Source of the DNA: Bacteroidales bacterium
Lineage (GTDB): Bacteria; Bacteroidota; Bacteroidia; Bacteroidales; WCHB1-69
Assembly (NCBI GenBank): GCA_016288655.1
Contig: JAEEKX010000022.1
Coordinates: 55,693-119,692, forward strand
Direction of reading: 5' to 3'
Length of the DNA: 64,000 bases
Shown here: piece by piece, positions 11,767 through 21,276 of the stretch
Numbering within the stretch: the first letter of the stretch is position 1
Layout: every line of letters begins with the position of its first letter
Notes under the pieces: generated by a model
Seen by the model: the letters and a program-made list of their open reading frames with translations, nothing else
Databases searched by the model: none
Told to the model about the DNA's origin: nothing
Position numbers and translations under genes: made by a program

Positions 11767-13007
11767 TACTTGTCTTCTATGTTTTTCAGTTCATCCAGAC
11801 TGTAGGAGACCTCTTCCTCCTTCTTTTGGTTGACGATGACAAAGTCTTCGAAGTTGTCCGGAAGTTGGTTCTTTTTGTTCATCTCAATGATTTCGTTGAC
11901 CTTAGCCAATGGGATGGCGAAGATATTGGAGTTGTCGCCGGCGTAGTTGTACCACACGATCTCCTTGAAGATGTCGATCTTGTTATAGACGGCCTTGCCC
12001 TTTTTGGAGAGCAAGCGGAGTTTCGGGTCGGGGAACTTCTTGATCTCTTCGGCGTAGGCGGCCTGTTCGAAGTTGAGGCAGCACTTGAGTTTCCCGCACT
12101 GGCCGGCCAATTTCTGGGGGTTGAGCGAGAGTTGCTGGGTGCGGGCGGACGAAGTGGAGACCGACTGGAAGTTGGTGAGCCAGGAGGCACAGCAGAGTTC
12201 GCGGCCGCAGGTGCCGATGCCGCCCAGGCGGCCGGCTTCCTGGCGCACACCGATCTGGCGCATCTCGATGCGGATGCGGAACTGCTCGGCCAGGATCTTG
12301 ATCAACTCACGGAAGTCCACGCGGTCTTCGGCGGAGTAGTAGAAAATGGCCTTGGTGCCGTCGCCCTGGTACTCCACGTCGTTCACCTTCATCTTGAGGC
12401 CGAGGTCCCAGGCGATGTAGCGGGAGGAGAGCATGGTGGTGTGCTCCTGACGGACGGTGCCGATCCACTTCTCAATGTCGTTGTAACGTGCTGTGCGATA
12501 GAGCTTCTTGTGGACGTCTTCGGGTTTGACGCGCTTGTGCTTCATCTGACGGAAGACGCTTTTGCCCAACATGGAGATGATGCCGATGTCGTGACCGGGC
12601 GCGGCTTCCACGGCCACGATGTCACCCACATGGAAGGTGCCTTCCTTGGGGAGGACGTAGAAGTCCTTGTGGCTGTTCTTGAAACGCACTTCCGCAAACG
12701 GACAGTCGAGGTATTCCGTGGTGACGGGCACCTCTTCCAGCCAGTCGTAACTGCTGAGCTTACATGCGCTTTGCGAATAGTCGCGGCAGTTCACCTGTTC
12801 GGGGTTGGGAAAATTGCTCAGTCCGCGGCTCAGGTAAGGGTTGGCGGCGATGCGTTCGGCCTCCTTGCTGGTGCCGGTGCGCACGTCCATGTTGAGGTAT
12901 TCTTCCCAGTCCTCGGTCTGCGAGTGATCGGCTTCTACCTCCTTATATTTCTTTTTTTCCTTGATTTCTTGAGGGTTCTCCTGTTTTGTATCTTGATTTT
13001 CTGCCAT
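11766..13007 (-). CDS. PSP1 domain protein (RicT/YaaT-like)
   Basis: A 413-aa ORF. The conserved PSP1 core is present: GDGTKAIFYYSAEDRVDFRELIKILAEQFRIRIEMRQIGVRQEAGRLGGIGTCGRELCC. Its stop overlaps the gldH start by 1 nt. Confidence 0.85.
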   Translation of the reverse strand: MAENQDTKQENPQEIKEKKKYKEVEADHSQTEDWEEYLNMDVRTGTSKEAERIAANPYLSRGLSNFPNPEQVNCRDYSQSACKLSSYDWLEEVPVTTEYLDCPFAEVRFKNSHKDFYVLPKEGTFHVGDIVAVEAAPGHDIGIISMLGKSVFRQMKHKRVKPEDVHKKLYRTARYNDIEKWIGTVRQEHTTMLSSRYIAWDLGLKMKVNDVEYQGDGTKAIFYYSAEDRVDFRELIKILAEQFRIRIEMRQIGVRQEAGRLGGIGTCGRELCCASWLTNFQSVSTSSARTQQLSLNPQKLAGQCGKLKCCLNFEQAAYAEEIKKFPDPKLRLLSKKGKAVYNKIDIFKEIVWYNYAGDNSNIFAIPLAKVNEIIEMNKKNQLPDNFEDFVIVNQKKEEEVSYSLDELKNIEDK

Positions 13008-13030
13008 TTTAGTGCAAATATTAGCGGCCG

Positions 13031-13038
13031 CAAAGTTA
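13031..13038 (-). promoter_or_regulatory. -7 promoter element (TAACTTTG) for PSP1-gldH
   Basis: The plus strand reads caaagtta, 24 nt upstream of the ATG at 13007. Confidence 0.45.
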
Positions 13039-13100
13039 CAATTTTTTTCTGAAACATTCCAACAGTGTTTTACAATAAAAAAATCGAAATCGTCCGTTCT

Positions 13101-13133
13101 GTTCTTTTTCTTTGTCTTGCCAAAGAAAAGAAC
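13101..13133 (-). terminator. Hairpin, possibly the terminator downstream of the C10 peptidase gene
   Basis: The arms gttctttttctttg / caaagaaaagaac form a ~13-bp stem with one bulged T and a 6-nt loop, ~115 nt downstream of the stop at 13248. There is no clean U-run. Confidence 0.35.
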
Positions 13134-13247
13134 CCAAAGAAGGACGCTTTAGCCGCTGGTCCCACTTGGCTGCAGGCAATGCGTAAACAGCACGGCTCTA
13201 TAGCGGCAAATGCGAAACAATCGTATATGTTGCTGAACCCTAAGTCC

Positions 13248-15368
13248 TTATTGTCTTACTATTTTTCGGATAGCGAGAATTCTGTCTTCCGTACAAATAT
13301 AAACAAAGTAAATACCTGAAGCGCAGTTTGATAAATCAATTTCTGTCCATTCATCTCGCACAGGTATTTGCCGCAAGTAGCTCCCTTGGGCATCATACAA
13401 GCGAATGGTTGTGGATTCGGCAAGGTTGCACCGCACCCTACACTTGTCGGTGGTGGGGTTCGGATATACCGCCCATAAGTCATCTTCGTCCCCTGCCTCG
13501 TCGATGCCGACAGAAGAGCGCGTAACGGTAATTTGCAGTCGGTACGTACCCAGCGAGTTGTTGTACGGCACCACCTTGAAATACACGGTTCCGCCATTGT
13601 TCAACGTCATGGCAGGCATGCTCTCGTCGTAGGCGGTTCCCCACGAGTTGGTATTGGTGGAAGAGTAGAACTGGGCATCGGCAGTATAGTCATAGGAGGT
13701 GTAGGAGGAGTAAAGCGTAGCGTTCACAGTGTAATGATAACCAGCAGGACATATCACTTTGTAGTAGTCCACATCAGTAGCATTATGGAACGAGGCATTC
13801 ACCGTATAGGTCTGGCTGTTACCTGTGACCGAGCCCAACTGGTAGGCGGTGGCCGGCGTGTTGTTCGATTCATAAGTATCCATTCCAGACCCCGTCACTG
13901 TTATGGCGGCTTCATTCACGTAAGTGCTATACTGTTGCACATAAAACAGATCTCCATCCACATCATAAAACACACCCAAATAATAAGTGCCCGCTACCGG
14001 GATAGATGCCGAATTGAAATGGAGGGTCGCATAGGTTCCTCCGTTCAACTGCTGGGGCCTCACGCAGGCAAAGTAGTAGTTATTCGTGTTGTTCGCATCA
14101 ATGGCCACGAGCACAAACTCGCCATCATAGACTCTGCTGCCCAAGTTCACCACGTCCATCGTGAGGGTGAAATTCTGGTTGGCGGGAACAGAAGAGGCAG
14201 ACAAGCTCATATTGCTGTAGGTCAAAAGATTGTAACCGCTGAAATCGCTCGGTGGCTGGATGCCTATGGTTGCTGCCTCGTTATTACTGAAATTATAACT
14301 GCTTGGAGCAAGGGAGGTGAGCATAAAATACCCATTTTCTGAACCATTCCACCCCCAGTTGAAGTGGAAGTAGTCGTTGTTATACCCATCGCACACGAAG
14401 GAATGCCCCCCTTGTTGTAGGTCTTGCCCACTATATTCCATCGGACGGCCATTATCCAATTCATTCTTTAAAAGATTAATCCATGGATAATAATCATAAT
14501 TAACCCCTTGCAACCACATGGCTGTTCCCTCATAACCGAAATAATTAATCAATGCATTTGGAATATTATTAGAATACGCCCCACTTCCTGAAGGGCTACC
14601 GCTATAGTCCATATCCACGCTCACTCCGCAGTGGTACATCAGTGCTGCGATAGAGGTGTTGTTCGTCGGAGGATTGCTGTTGGGCATGTCAAACCACGAA
14701 TAGATAGTATTACCGAAATCGGCCGAAAGGGTACCAAAATTATTATGGTAATAGGAGTGGGACCCTGTTCCTTTGTAGGGGTACTCCCAGTACTTCATAA
14801 TCTGGGCCATGGCGGTGGCCACACATCCCGTCACGCTTGTTTCCCCATAGTAACTGTCGTATGGACAATAAGCGTTGTATGGGGCATCCTGTCCCCACGT
14901 AGTGCTGAGCAGCGGCGCAACACTGCGGTCGGCACGCACAGGTTCGCAGGTGTTGCTGAGCAGTTGCTCCCACTGGCTGGCGGTAGTCTCATCGGGTTGC
15001 GATACATTTTCTTTCACCCAGTCTATCTCGCTCTCATACACATCCATCCAGCTGACGAAGTTGACGGGCAGCGTGGCGGGGTTCAAGGTACCGGTTTCGG
15101 AGTAGCCCAAGATCGGCAAGGCGCGGTCATCGGCAGATACGATCACAAATCCGTTGCCCGTAGAGGCGTTGAAGAGATAGCAGTTGCGGAAACCGCTGTT
15201 GGGCACGCACGACAAAGTGGCAGTACCCGCGCGGTCACCCACCGCCATTATATTTTTGTTGTAGAAGTTTTGTGCCGCCTGTAAGGCAGTAGTGGTGTCC
15301 ACCGATGCAGCAGTTGCGAAGAGGGTGACTACTGTAAAAAAAACAGAAAAGAATAGATGCTTTTTCAT
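13248..15368 (-). CDS. C10 family (streptopain/interpain-like) cysteine peptidase with a T9SS C-terminal sorting domain
   Basis: A 706-aa ORF with a signal peptide and a pro-region (NGFVIVSADDRALPILGYSETG). The catalytic Cys context is VTGCVATAMAQIMKYWEYP and the His context is GGHSFVCDGY..FHFNWGWNG. The C-terminus is VYPNPTTDKCRV...SGIYFVYICTEDRILAIRKIVRQ. Confidence 0.85.
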   Translation of the reverse strand: MKKHLFFSVFFTVVTLFATAASVDTTTALQAAQNFYNKNIMAVGDRAGTATLSCVPNSGFRNCYLFNASTGNGFVIVSADDRALPILGYSETGTLNPATLPVNFVSWMDVYESEIDWVKENVSQPDETTASQWEQLLSNTCEPVRADRSVAPLLSTTWGQDAPYNAYCPYDSYYGETSVTGCVATAMAQIMKYWEYPYKGTGSHSYYHNNFGTLSADFGNTIYSWFDMPNSNPPTNNTSIAALMYHCGVSVDMDYSGSPSGSGAYSNNIPNALINYFGYEGTAMWLQGVNYDYYPWINLLKNELDNGRPMEYSGQDLQQGGHSFVCDGYNNDYFHFNWGWNGSENGYFMLTSLAPSSYNFSNNEAATIGIQPPSDFSGYNLLTYSNMSLSASSVPANQNFTLTMDVVNLGSRVYDGEFVLVAIDANNTNNYYFACVRPQQLNGGTYATLHFNSASIPVAGTYYLGVFYDVDGDLFYVQQYSTYVNEAAITVTGSGMDTYESNNTPATAYQLGSVTGNSQTYTVNASFHNATDVDYYKVICPAGYHYTVNATLYSSYTSYDYTADAQFYSSTNTNSWGTAYDESMPAMTLNNGGTVYFKVVPYNNSLGTYRLQITVTRSSVGIDEAGDEDDLWAVYPNPTTDKCRVRCNLAESTTIRLYDAQGSYLRQIPVRDEWTEIDLSNCASGIYFVYICTEDRILAIRKIVRQ

Positions 15369-15413
15369 TTTTAATAATTTTATAAAACAGATTCCGCTGG
15401 AAATAAAATCTCA

Positions 15414-15421
15414 CAAAAGTA
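15414..15421 (-). promoter_or_regulatory. -7 promoter element (TACTTTTG) for the C10 peptidase gene
   Basis: The plus strand reads caaaagta, 46 nt upstream of the ATG at 15368. Confidence 0.4.
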
Positions 15422-15519
15422 GGCAATACAACCGACTGCGGGCAGTCTTGCAGCATTAAAACCTAAAAATCTGTCACGAAAAGCCGTTTTTATGTCATCA
15501 CCATTTTTCTGCAAAGTTT

Positions 15520-15527
15520 TATTTTTG
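15520..15527 (+). promoter_or_regulatory. -7 promoter element (TATTTTTG) for the LytTR gene
   Basis: An exact TAnnTTTG match 16 nt upstream of the ATG at 15543. It lies downstream of the ORF-track start at 15492, which favours 15543 as the start. Confidence 0.4.
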
Positions 15528-15542
15528 CTAAAAATTTCATTT

Positions 15543-16160
15543 ATGGGAAATATCACCTTCAGCTCGGTCACATCGGTTTTGTTCCAAATCTTCGGCCTCA
15601 TCTTCATCGTAACATTCCTATGCGGTTGTTTCTACTTCTCTGCGCTCGGCATCTATAAATTCTTTAAGGGAAGGACCAAGAAAGAACTGCTGGAAGAAAA
15701 CATGAAACTGTTGAAGGAGAACCAGCAGTTGAAGGTGCAGAACGCGGAAATCAGCCGCCGTCTCGAGCAGGTGGAGAATGTCATCATCCAGAACGACCGC
15801 TTACAAAAGGAAAGCCGCAGCGACACCCAACTCATCAATGCCGGCTCACTTAAAGTGCGCAGCAACCACATCGCCTACATCGTGTCGCAGGCGTTCGAAC
15901 AAATCACCAACGGAAGCTCGCGCATCAAGGTCATCCATTATACGGATTCCCCTAACACCGACTCGGTATATGCCACCTTCGATTCCATTTTGGAACAGCT
16001 CGGTGGCAATTTTATGCAAATCAACAAAAACCAGATTGTCAACCTACTGGAAATTGACAAGATACAAGGCAATGAGCTCTATTTGAAGAAAGTCCGCGAA
16101 GCGTTCATCATTTCCGAAGTCCGCCGCGAGGAATTCGACCTTCGGATTTCGCGACTTTAA
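15543..16160 (+). CDS. Membrane-anchored LytTR-domain DNA-binding protein (no receiver domain)
   Basis: The N-terminal TM helix is VLFQIFGLIFIVTFLCGCFYFSALGIY. A coiled-coil follows (LLEENMKLLKENQQLKVQNAEISRRLEQVE), then a LytTR-like C-terminus (IAYIVS...IKVIHYTD...FMQINKNQIVNLLEIDKIQGNELYL). Confidence 0.7.
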   Translation: MGNITFSSVTSVLFQIFGLIFIVTFLCGCFYFSALGIYKFFKGRTKKELLEENMKLLKENQQLKVQNAEISRRLEQVENVIIQNDRLQKESRSDTQLINAGSLKVRSNHIAYIVSQAFEQITNGSSRIKVIHYTDSPNTDSVYATFDSILEQLGGNFMQINKNQIVNLLEIDKIQGNELYLKKVREAFIISEVRREEFDLRISRL

Positions 16161-16394
16161 TAGACCATCTTTCGTTTTACACCACGGCAGAGTATATTTT
16201 CATGGCTAACAATTTGATAATCATTCAATTATTGTTTTTGGGGATTAATAAAATAAGGTGTTAACCATTTTCATACACATCCGCGGCAACAAAGATGTAG
16301 CCACTCTTCTGTGGGTGCGGATAGAGAAACGGGACCAACCCGCATCTGCGGATCGCCCCCGTTGTCAATTTTAAATTTCAATTTTCTGACTTCC

Positions 16395-17192
16395 CTAATC
16401 CTGCACACAGCGGACCGAATATCCGATGTATTTGTCGGAGCTGTCGTCGATATACATATAACTGCGGTCGGATAGGAGGCAGATATCCAAGCTGGAAGTT
16501 TCGTTTTCGGCCGTCGCACTCCAAAAAGTAGTGAGATCCAAATAACCGTAAATGCCGCTTCCTGTGAAATATCCGCTGGGCATGGCTGAGAATCCGCTGG
16601 CATTGTTGGCAGTCAAGTCGTTGCCGATGGCGCATATTTTGTTGGTCGCTCGCCAAAGGGTGTCCGATGCCAACGATTTGGCAATATGTTCTACGGATTC
16701 TCCACCGCACACCCAAGCTGATTGGCTGCCACAGTATTCATTCAGCTGCATCCATTCCGCATAACTCGGCACATGCCATCCGTCGGGACAAACACCTTGC
16801 ACACCGCTGGGGTTCGCATCGCTGCTGCTGGCACCATGCATCACAGCTGGCCAGTTGTATAGCAGCCCATGGGCTACCACATCTGTCAACCCAGCAACAT
16901 AATAAGGATCCGTGTTGCTTGTGGTTGTGAACCCGGGTATCGCATCCCCATTGGGGAAATGGGTGGTACGCAGGTTGGAGGCCATCCACACTTGGTTGCC
17001 GATGCGCACGGCATCGTAACTATTTCCGTCAAAATCAGTTACGGCATTAAGAATAAAAACCTCTGAAGAAGGGTCAACTTGGGTAGTGTCGGAAGGATTC
17101 GTGGAATCATCTGGAGTCGGAATGGGCTCCTCTTTTTCGCAGGCCATCGCAAAAAAAGCGGCGGCACAAATGAAAGCTATGATTTTTTTCAT
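16395..17192 (-). CDS. Lipoprotein with a Fibrobacter succinogenes major paralogous (FISUMP) domain
   Basis: It has a lipobox (FFAMAC). Hallmarks present: DFDGNSYDAVRIGNQVWMASNL, GLLYNW, CPDGWHVPSYAEW, FSAMPSGY, YSVRCVQD. Confidence 0.8.
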   Translation of the reverse strand: MKKIIAFICAAAFFAMACEKEEPIPTPDDSTNPSDTTQVDPSSEVFILNAVTDFDGNSYDAVRIGNQVWMASNLRTTHFPNGDAIPGFTTTSNTDPYYVAGLTDVVAHGLLYNWPAVMHGASSSDANPSGVQGVCPDGWHVPSYAEWMQLNEYCGSQSAWVCGGESVEHIAKSLASDTLWRATNKICAIGNDLTANNASGFSAMPSGYFTGSGIYGYLDLTTFWSATAENETSSLDICLLSDRSYMYIDDSSDKYIGYSVRCVQD

Positions 17193-17233
17193 AATAAAAA
17201 GAGATAGGTTAATAAAGGGTTATATTCGCTGCA

Positions 17234-17241
17234 CAAAAATA
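17234..17241 (-). promoter_or_regulatory. -7 promoter element (TATTTTTG) for the FISUMP lipoprotein gene
   Basis: The plus strand reads caaaaata, 42 nt upstream of the ATG at 17192. Confidence 0.4.
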
Positions 17242-17260
17242 CAATTTTTTTACTTATATG

Positions 17261-17494
17261 CTACCCCTTCACCACCTTCTTTACCGCCAACACCTTACCG
17301 CCATTCATCAATCTTATGAAATAGATGCCCGTGGCATATTGCGCCAGGTCGATTTGCATGGTCCGTGGAGACGCGGTGCACCACGTCTCCACCGCATCCA
17401 ACACCTGAATCTCACTTCCCTCCAATTGTACATTGTAAATTGTACATTGACCATCCCTGTGGTGGGGGGGGCATGTTTCGGGAAAAACATATCA
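17261..17494 (-). pseudogene. Orphan 3' remnant of a T9SS cargo gene (C-terminal sorting domain only)
   Basis: The minus-strand frame reads ...CPPHHRDGQCTIYNVQLEGSEIQVLDAVETWCTASPRTMQIDLAQYATGIYFIRLMNGGKVLAVKKVVKG*. This is a typical Por-secretion-tail ending. The frame is closed by a TGA only 9 codons upstream of a C8 (plus-strand G8) run, and it has no start codon or signal peptide. Confidence 0.6.
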
Positions 17495-17729
17495 TTTTCA
17501 TCGCACTCTCACTAATTTAAGCCACTGTGGAAACTCAAGGATACCTTGGGTTTGAGAGAAAAGATACTGCAACCGCATGGTGTCCGCATCCATCGTTACA
17601 TTAAAAACGGGGCCAATATACCCAAATATCGTGCTTCTAGCACGACGACAGTATATTTATTGCAACAGTAGTATTTTTACAATAAAACCACGACGGCTAC
17701 GTTATAATTATTTAAGAAAAATTGCAAGG

Positions 17730-19166
17730 ATGAAAAAAAAGCTACCCGTACTGAGCATTCTGTTGGCGATTGTCGTCTCCCTATCTTCTTGTAGGAAAGT
17801 GGATTTCGACACCGACTCCGCTCTTTCGTTCTCCACCGACACGCTCACTTTCGACACGGTCTTCACGACGGTCGGCTCGGTGACGCAGAACTTCCGCGTA
17901 TATAATCCCTACAACTACGACATCAAAGTGGATATCGAGTTGGCCGGTGGCGAGCGTTCCAACTTCAGCATCAACGTGGACGGTGTGGCGGGCACTTTCT
18001 TTCGCGACGTGGAGATCCCTGCCAAGGACAGCATCTTCGTGCATGTGAAGGTGAACGTCGATCCCAACGACCAGCGTACGCCCTTCTTGGTGACCGACTC
18101 CGTGGTCTTCTACCATGGGAAAACGGTGCAGGATGTCGATCTGGTGGCCTTCGGGCAGAATGCCCACTTCATCGTGGCCGACCAGGGCAGTGGCTCGCTG
18201 CGGTACAAGATCGTGGCGCACGAGCACGAGGTGACGCACTGGACCAACGACCTGCCGTACGTCATCTACGGTGGTTATGCGGCGGTGGATTCGCTCGGCA
18301 CGCTCATCATCGACCCGGGCACGACCATCTACTTCCACAGCGGCGCGGGACTTTGGGTCTATCGCTACGGCAACATCCAGGCGGTGGGCACGGCCGAGGA
18401 GCCGATTGTCTTCCGCGGCGACCGCATGAGCCAGTGGTACGAGACCGACTACTCGCAGTGGGACCGCATTTGGATCAACGAGGGCACGGCCGACAACCGC
18501 TTCGAACACGTGGAGATCACCCATGCCTTCATCGGCATGCAGGTGGAGGCGTTGAGTGAATACCTCGGCGGGCGTACCGTCCTGCGCAACTGTGTCATCC
18601 ATCACACCTACAACAGCGGCCTGCTGGCACGCGCCGCGCGGATCGTGGCGGAGAACTGCGAGATCAGCGACAATGGCGAGTGCAGTGCGGAACTGCACAT
18701 TGGAGAGTACGACTTCAAGCACGTCACCATCGCCAACTACTACTCGCACGCGGTCCGCAACCACCCGGCGCTGTACGTCGCCACCAACTACACCGACGGC
18801 TACTACAACTACGTCGGCGACCTGGCGGCGTCGTTCACCAACTGCATCGTCTATGGTTCCCGTTCGGAGGACGGCGAGGTCGGGCTTGGTCTGGAGGACG
18901 GCATGACCGCGCAGGTCGGCTTCCGGAACTGCCTGCTGCGGATGCCGCAGGAGTCGGAGTTCCTGCACGACTGCATCCGCAACCAGGATCCGAAGTTCGC
19001 CGCCGCGGCGGACTTCGACTTCACGCTCACACCCGAGTCGCCCGCCATCGACGCGGGCTTGGAGGGCTTGGGCATCACCACCGACCTGACGGGCGCGCCC
19101 CGCGACTCGCATCCCGACATCGGGGCGTACGAGTTCGGTAGCCGCAGACTCGTGTGGCGTCGGTGA
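17730..19166 (+). CDS. Lipoprotein with a right-handed parallel beta-helix / choice-of-anchor-Q-like C-terminus
   Basis: The signal peptide and lipobox MKKKLPVLSILLAIVVSLSSC start at the ATG at 17730. Repetitive beta-helix-like segments are present (VLRNCVIHHT, IVAENCEISDNG, FTNCIVYGS, FRNCLL). The C-terminus reads SPAIDAG...DLTGAPRD..PDIGAYEF. Confidence 0.6.
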   Translation: MKKKLPVLSILLAIVVSLSSCRKVDFDTDSALSFSTDTLTFDTVFTTVGSVTQNFRVYNPYNYDIKVDIELAGGERSNFSINVDGVAGTFFRDVEIPAKDSIFVHVKVNVDPNDQRTPFLVTDSVVFYHGKTVQDVDLVAFGQNAHFIVADQGSGSLRYKIVAHEHEVTHWTNDLPYVIYGGYAAVDSLGTLIIDPGTTIYFHSGAGLWVYRYGNIQAVGTAEEPIVFRGDRMSQWYETDYSQWDRIWINEGTADNRFEHVEITHAFIGMQVEALSEYLGGRTVLRNCVIHHTYNSGLLARAARIVAENCEISDNGECSAELHIGEYDFKHVTIANYYSHAVRNHPALYVATNYTDGYYNYVGDLAASFTNCIVYGSRSEDGEVGLGLEDGMTAQVGFRNCLLRMPQESEFLHDCIRNQDPKFAAAADFDFTLTPESPAIDAGLEGLGITTDLTGAPRDSHPDIGAYEFGSRRLVWRR

Positions 19167-19205
19167 TTTTCAACGAAACTCATTCATAACAAACCCACAA
19201 TATTT

Positions 19206-21275
19206 ATGGCTAACAGCATTTCAAAACTGAGAAACATCGGTATCGCGGCGCACATCGACGCCGGCAAGACCACCGTGTCGGAACGCATTCTTTTCTTCAC
19301 GGGCGTAAACCGCAAGGTGGGTGAGACCCACGACGGGCAGGCCACCATGGACTTCATGAAACAGGAACAGGAGCGTGGCATCACCATCGCGTCCGCCGCC
19401 ATCACCGCACAATGGAACGATCATCAAATCAACTTGATAGACACTCCCGGTCACGTCGATTTCACCATCGAGGTGGAGCGCTCGCTGCGCGTCATCGACG
19501 GCATGGTGGCGGTGTTCTGCGCTGTGGGCGGCGTGGAGCCGCAGAGCGAGACCGTCTGGAACCAAGCGGACAAGTACCGCGTGCCCCGCATCGCCTTCGT
19601 GAACAAGATGGACCGCGTGGGCGCCAACTTCCCGGAGGTCGTCGTGCAGATGAACAAGTACTTGGGTGCCAACGCCATGCCCATCCAACTGCCCATCGGG
19701 GCGGAGAATGAATTCCTGGGCATGATCGACTTGGTGACCATGAAGTCGATCACCTTCCGCGAGAAGGAGCGCATCGTGGGCGAGATCCCCGCCGAACTGC
19801 TGCCGCAGGCCACGGAGGCGCGCCGAGCCATGATCGAGAAACTCGCCGACTTCAACGACGACATCGCCAATCTCTACTTGGAGGACGCCGAGGTGGACGA
19901 GGCACTGTTGAAACGCGCCATCCGAGAATCGACCATCAAGTTGTTGGTGACGCCCGTGCTCTGTGGCGCCGCCTACAAGAACAAGGGCATCCAGTTGCTC
20001 CTTGACGCCGTGGTCGATTATCTCCCCTCCCCCACCGACTTGGGTGCCGTCATCGCCCACGACCCGGACGACGAGGAGCGCACTTTGCAGTTGCACCCCA
20101 CTTCCAACGAGCCGTTCGCCGCGCTCGCCTTCAAACTCATCAACGACCCCTACGTGGGCCAGCAGACCTTCATCCGCATCTTCAGCGGCAAGTTGCAGAA
20201 CGGCATGAGTGTCTATAACACCAACAAGGGCAAGAGCGAGCGTGTGGGCCGTATCTTCCGCATCAAGGCCAAGGAACGTCAGGAGATCAGCGAGGCGGGT
20301 GCCGGCGAAATCGTCGCACTCGTCGGCATGAAGTTCACCCGCACCGGCGACACCCTTTGCGACGAGAAACAGCCCGTGCTGCTCGAATCCATCTCCGTGC
20401 CGCCCGCCGTCATCGAGATGAAGGTGAACATGGACGACAAGAAGAACCGCAACAAATTGGGCGAGGCGCTGGCAAAACTCACCAACGAGGACCCCTCATT
20501 CCACTCCCATTTCGATGAGGAGACCGAAGAGACCATCATCTCCGGCATGGGCGAACTGCACTTGGAGATCATCGTGGAGCGTATCCGCGACGAGTTCAAG
20601 GTGCCCATCACCGTGGGCGAGCCGTCGGTGTCGTACCGCGAGACCATCACTACCGCCGTCGAGAACAACTACCGCCATGTGAAGCAGACGGGCGGCAAGG
20701 GGCAGTTCGCCCACACCGTCATCCGCTTCGAGCCGAATCCCGGCAAGGGCTTCGAGTTCGTCGATATCACCAAGGGCGGCGTCATCCCCAAGGAGTTCCT
20801 GCCATCCATCCAGAAGGGGCTCGTCAACGCGATGGCGAAAAGTCCCATTGCCGGCTATCCCGTGGTCGATGTGAAGTGCGTGCTCGTGGATGGCAGCTTC
20901 CACCCCGTCGATTCCAGCGACATGGCCTTCCAAACGTGTGCGGCGCAGTGTTTCCGCCAGGCCTTCCGCAAAGCCGATCCCATCGTCATGGAACCCATCA
21001 TGAAGGTGGAGGTCAGCACGCCTGACGACTTCATCGGCAACGTCACCCGCGATCTCAACAAGCGCCGCGGCCGCATTGAGAACATGCGCCGTTTCCGCAA
21101 AGGCTCGCAGAAACTCGACGGCTTCATCCCGCTCTCCGAGATGTTCGGCTACGCCACGGCGTTGCGCAACATCACCAGCGGCCGCGCCAACTACTCCATG
21201 GAGTTCTTCGAATACCAGCGCATGCCCGCCGACAAGCAGGCGGAAGTCATCAAGAAACGTCAAGAAGAGAAATAA
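19206..21275 (+). CDS. Elongation factor G paralog (translational GTPase), outside the rpsL-rpsG-fusA context
   Basis: A 689-aa ORF. G1 is [10 protein letters not shown]2 is the RGITI region, G3 is DTPGHVDF and G4 is NKMD. It has full five-domain length. Confidence 0.9.
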   Translation: MANSISKLRNIGIAAHIDAGKTTVSERILFFTGVNRKVGETHDGQATMDFMKQEQERGITIASAAITAQWNDHQINLIDTPGHVDFTIEVERSLRVIDGMVAVFCAVGGVEPQSETVWNQADKYRVPRIAFVNKMDRVGANFPEVVVQMNKYLGANAMPIQLPIGAENEFLGMIDLVTMKSITFREKERIVGEIPAELLPQATEARRAMIEKLADFNDDIANLYLEDAEVDEALLKRAIRESTIKLLVTPVLCGAAYKNKGIQLLLDAVVDYLPSPTDLGAVIAHDPDDEERTLQLHPTSNEPFAALAFKLINDPYVGQQTFIRIFSGKLQNGMSVYNTNKGKSERVGRIFRIKAKERQEISEAGAGEIVALVGMKFTRTGDTLCDEKQPVLLESISVPPAVIEMKVNMDDKKNRNKLGEALAKLTNEDPSFHSHFDEETEETIISGMGELHLEIIVERIRDEFKVPITVGEPSVSYRETITTAVENNYRHVKQTGGKGQFAHTVIRFEPNPGKGFEFVDITKGGVIPKEFLPSIQKGLVNAMAKSPIAGYPVVDVKCVLVDGSFHPVDSSDMAFQTCAAQCFRQAFRKADPIVMEPIMKVEVSTPDDFIGNVTRDLNKRRGRIENMRRFRKGSQKLDGFIPLSEMFGYATALRNITSGRANYSMEFFEYQRMPADKQAEVIKKRQEEK

Positions 21276-21276
21276 C

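Noticed and set aside
16161-16394. The 234-nt spacer downstream of the LytTR and FISUMP genes, examined for a small RNA, tRNA or tmRNA.
   Set aside because: I found no cloverleaf-compatible arms, no tmRNA tag-like reading frame, no conserved RNase P/SRP/6S-like boxes, and no promoter-plus-terminator pair. Covariance-model scans would be needed to say more.
17464-17471. The G8 tract considered as a phase-variation switch of a functional gene.
   Set aside because: Neither reading frame across the tract yields a protein with a signal peptide or passenger domain. The best case (G7) gives only a ~78-aa CTD-only ORF. It is reported as part of a pseudogene remnant and not as a functional switch.
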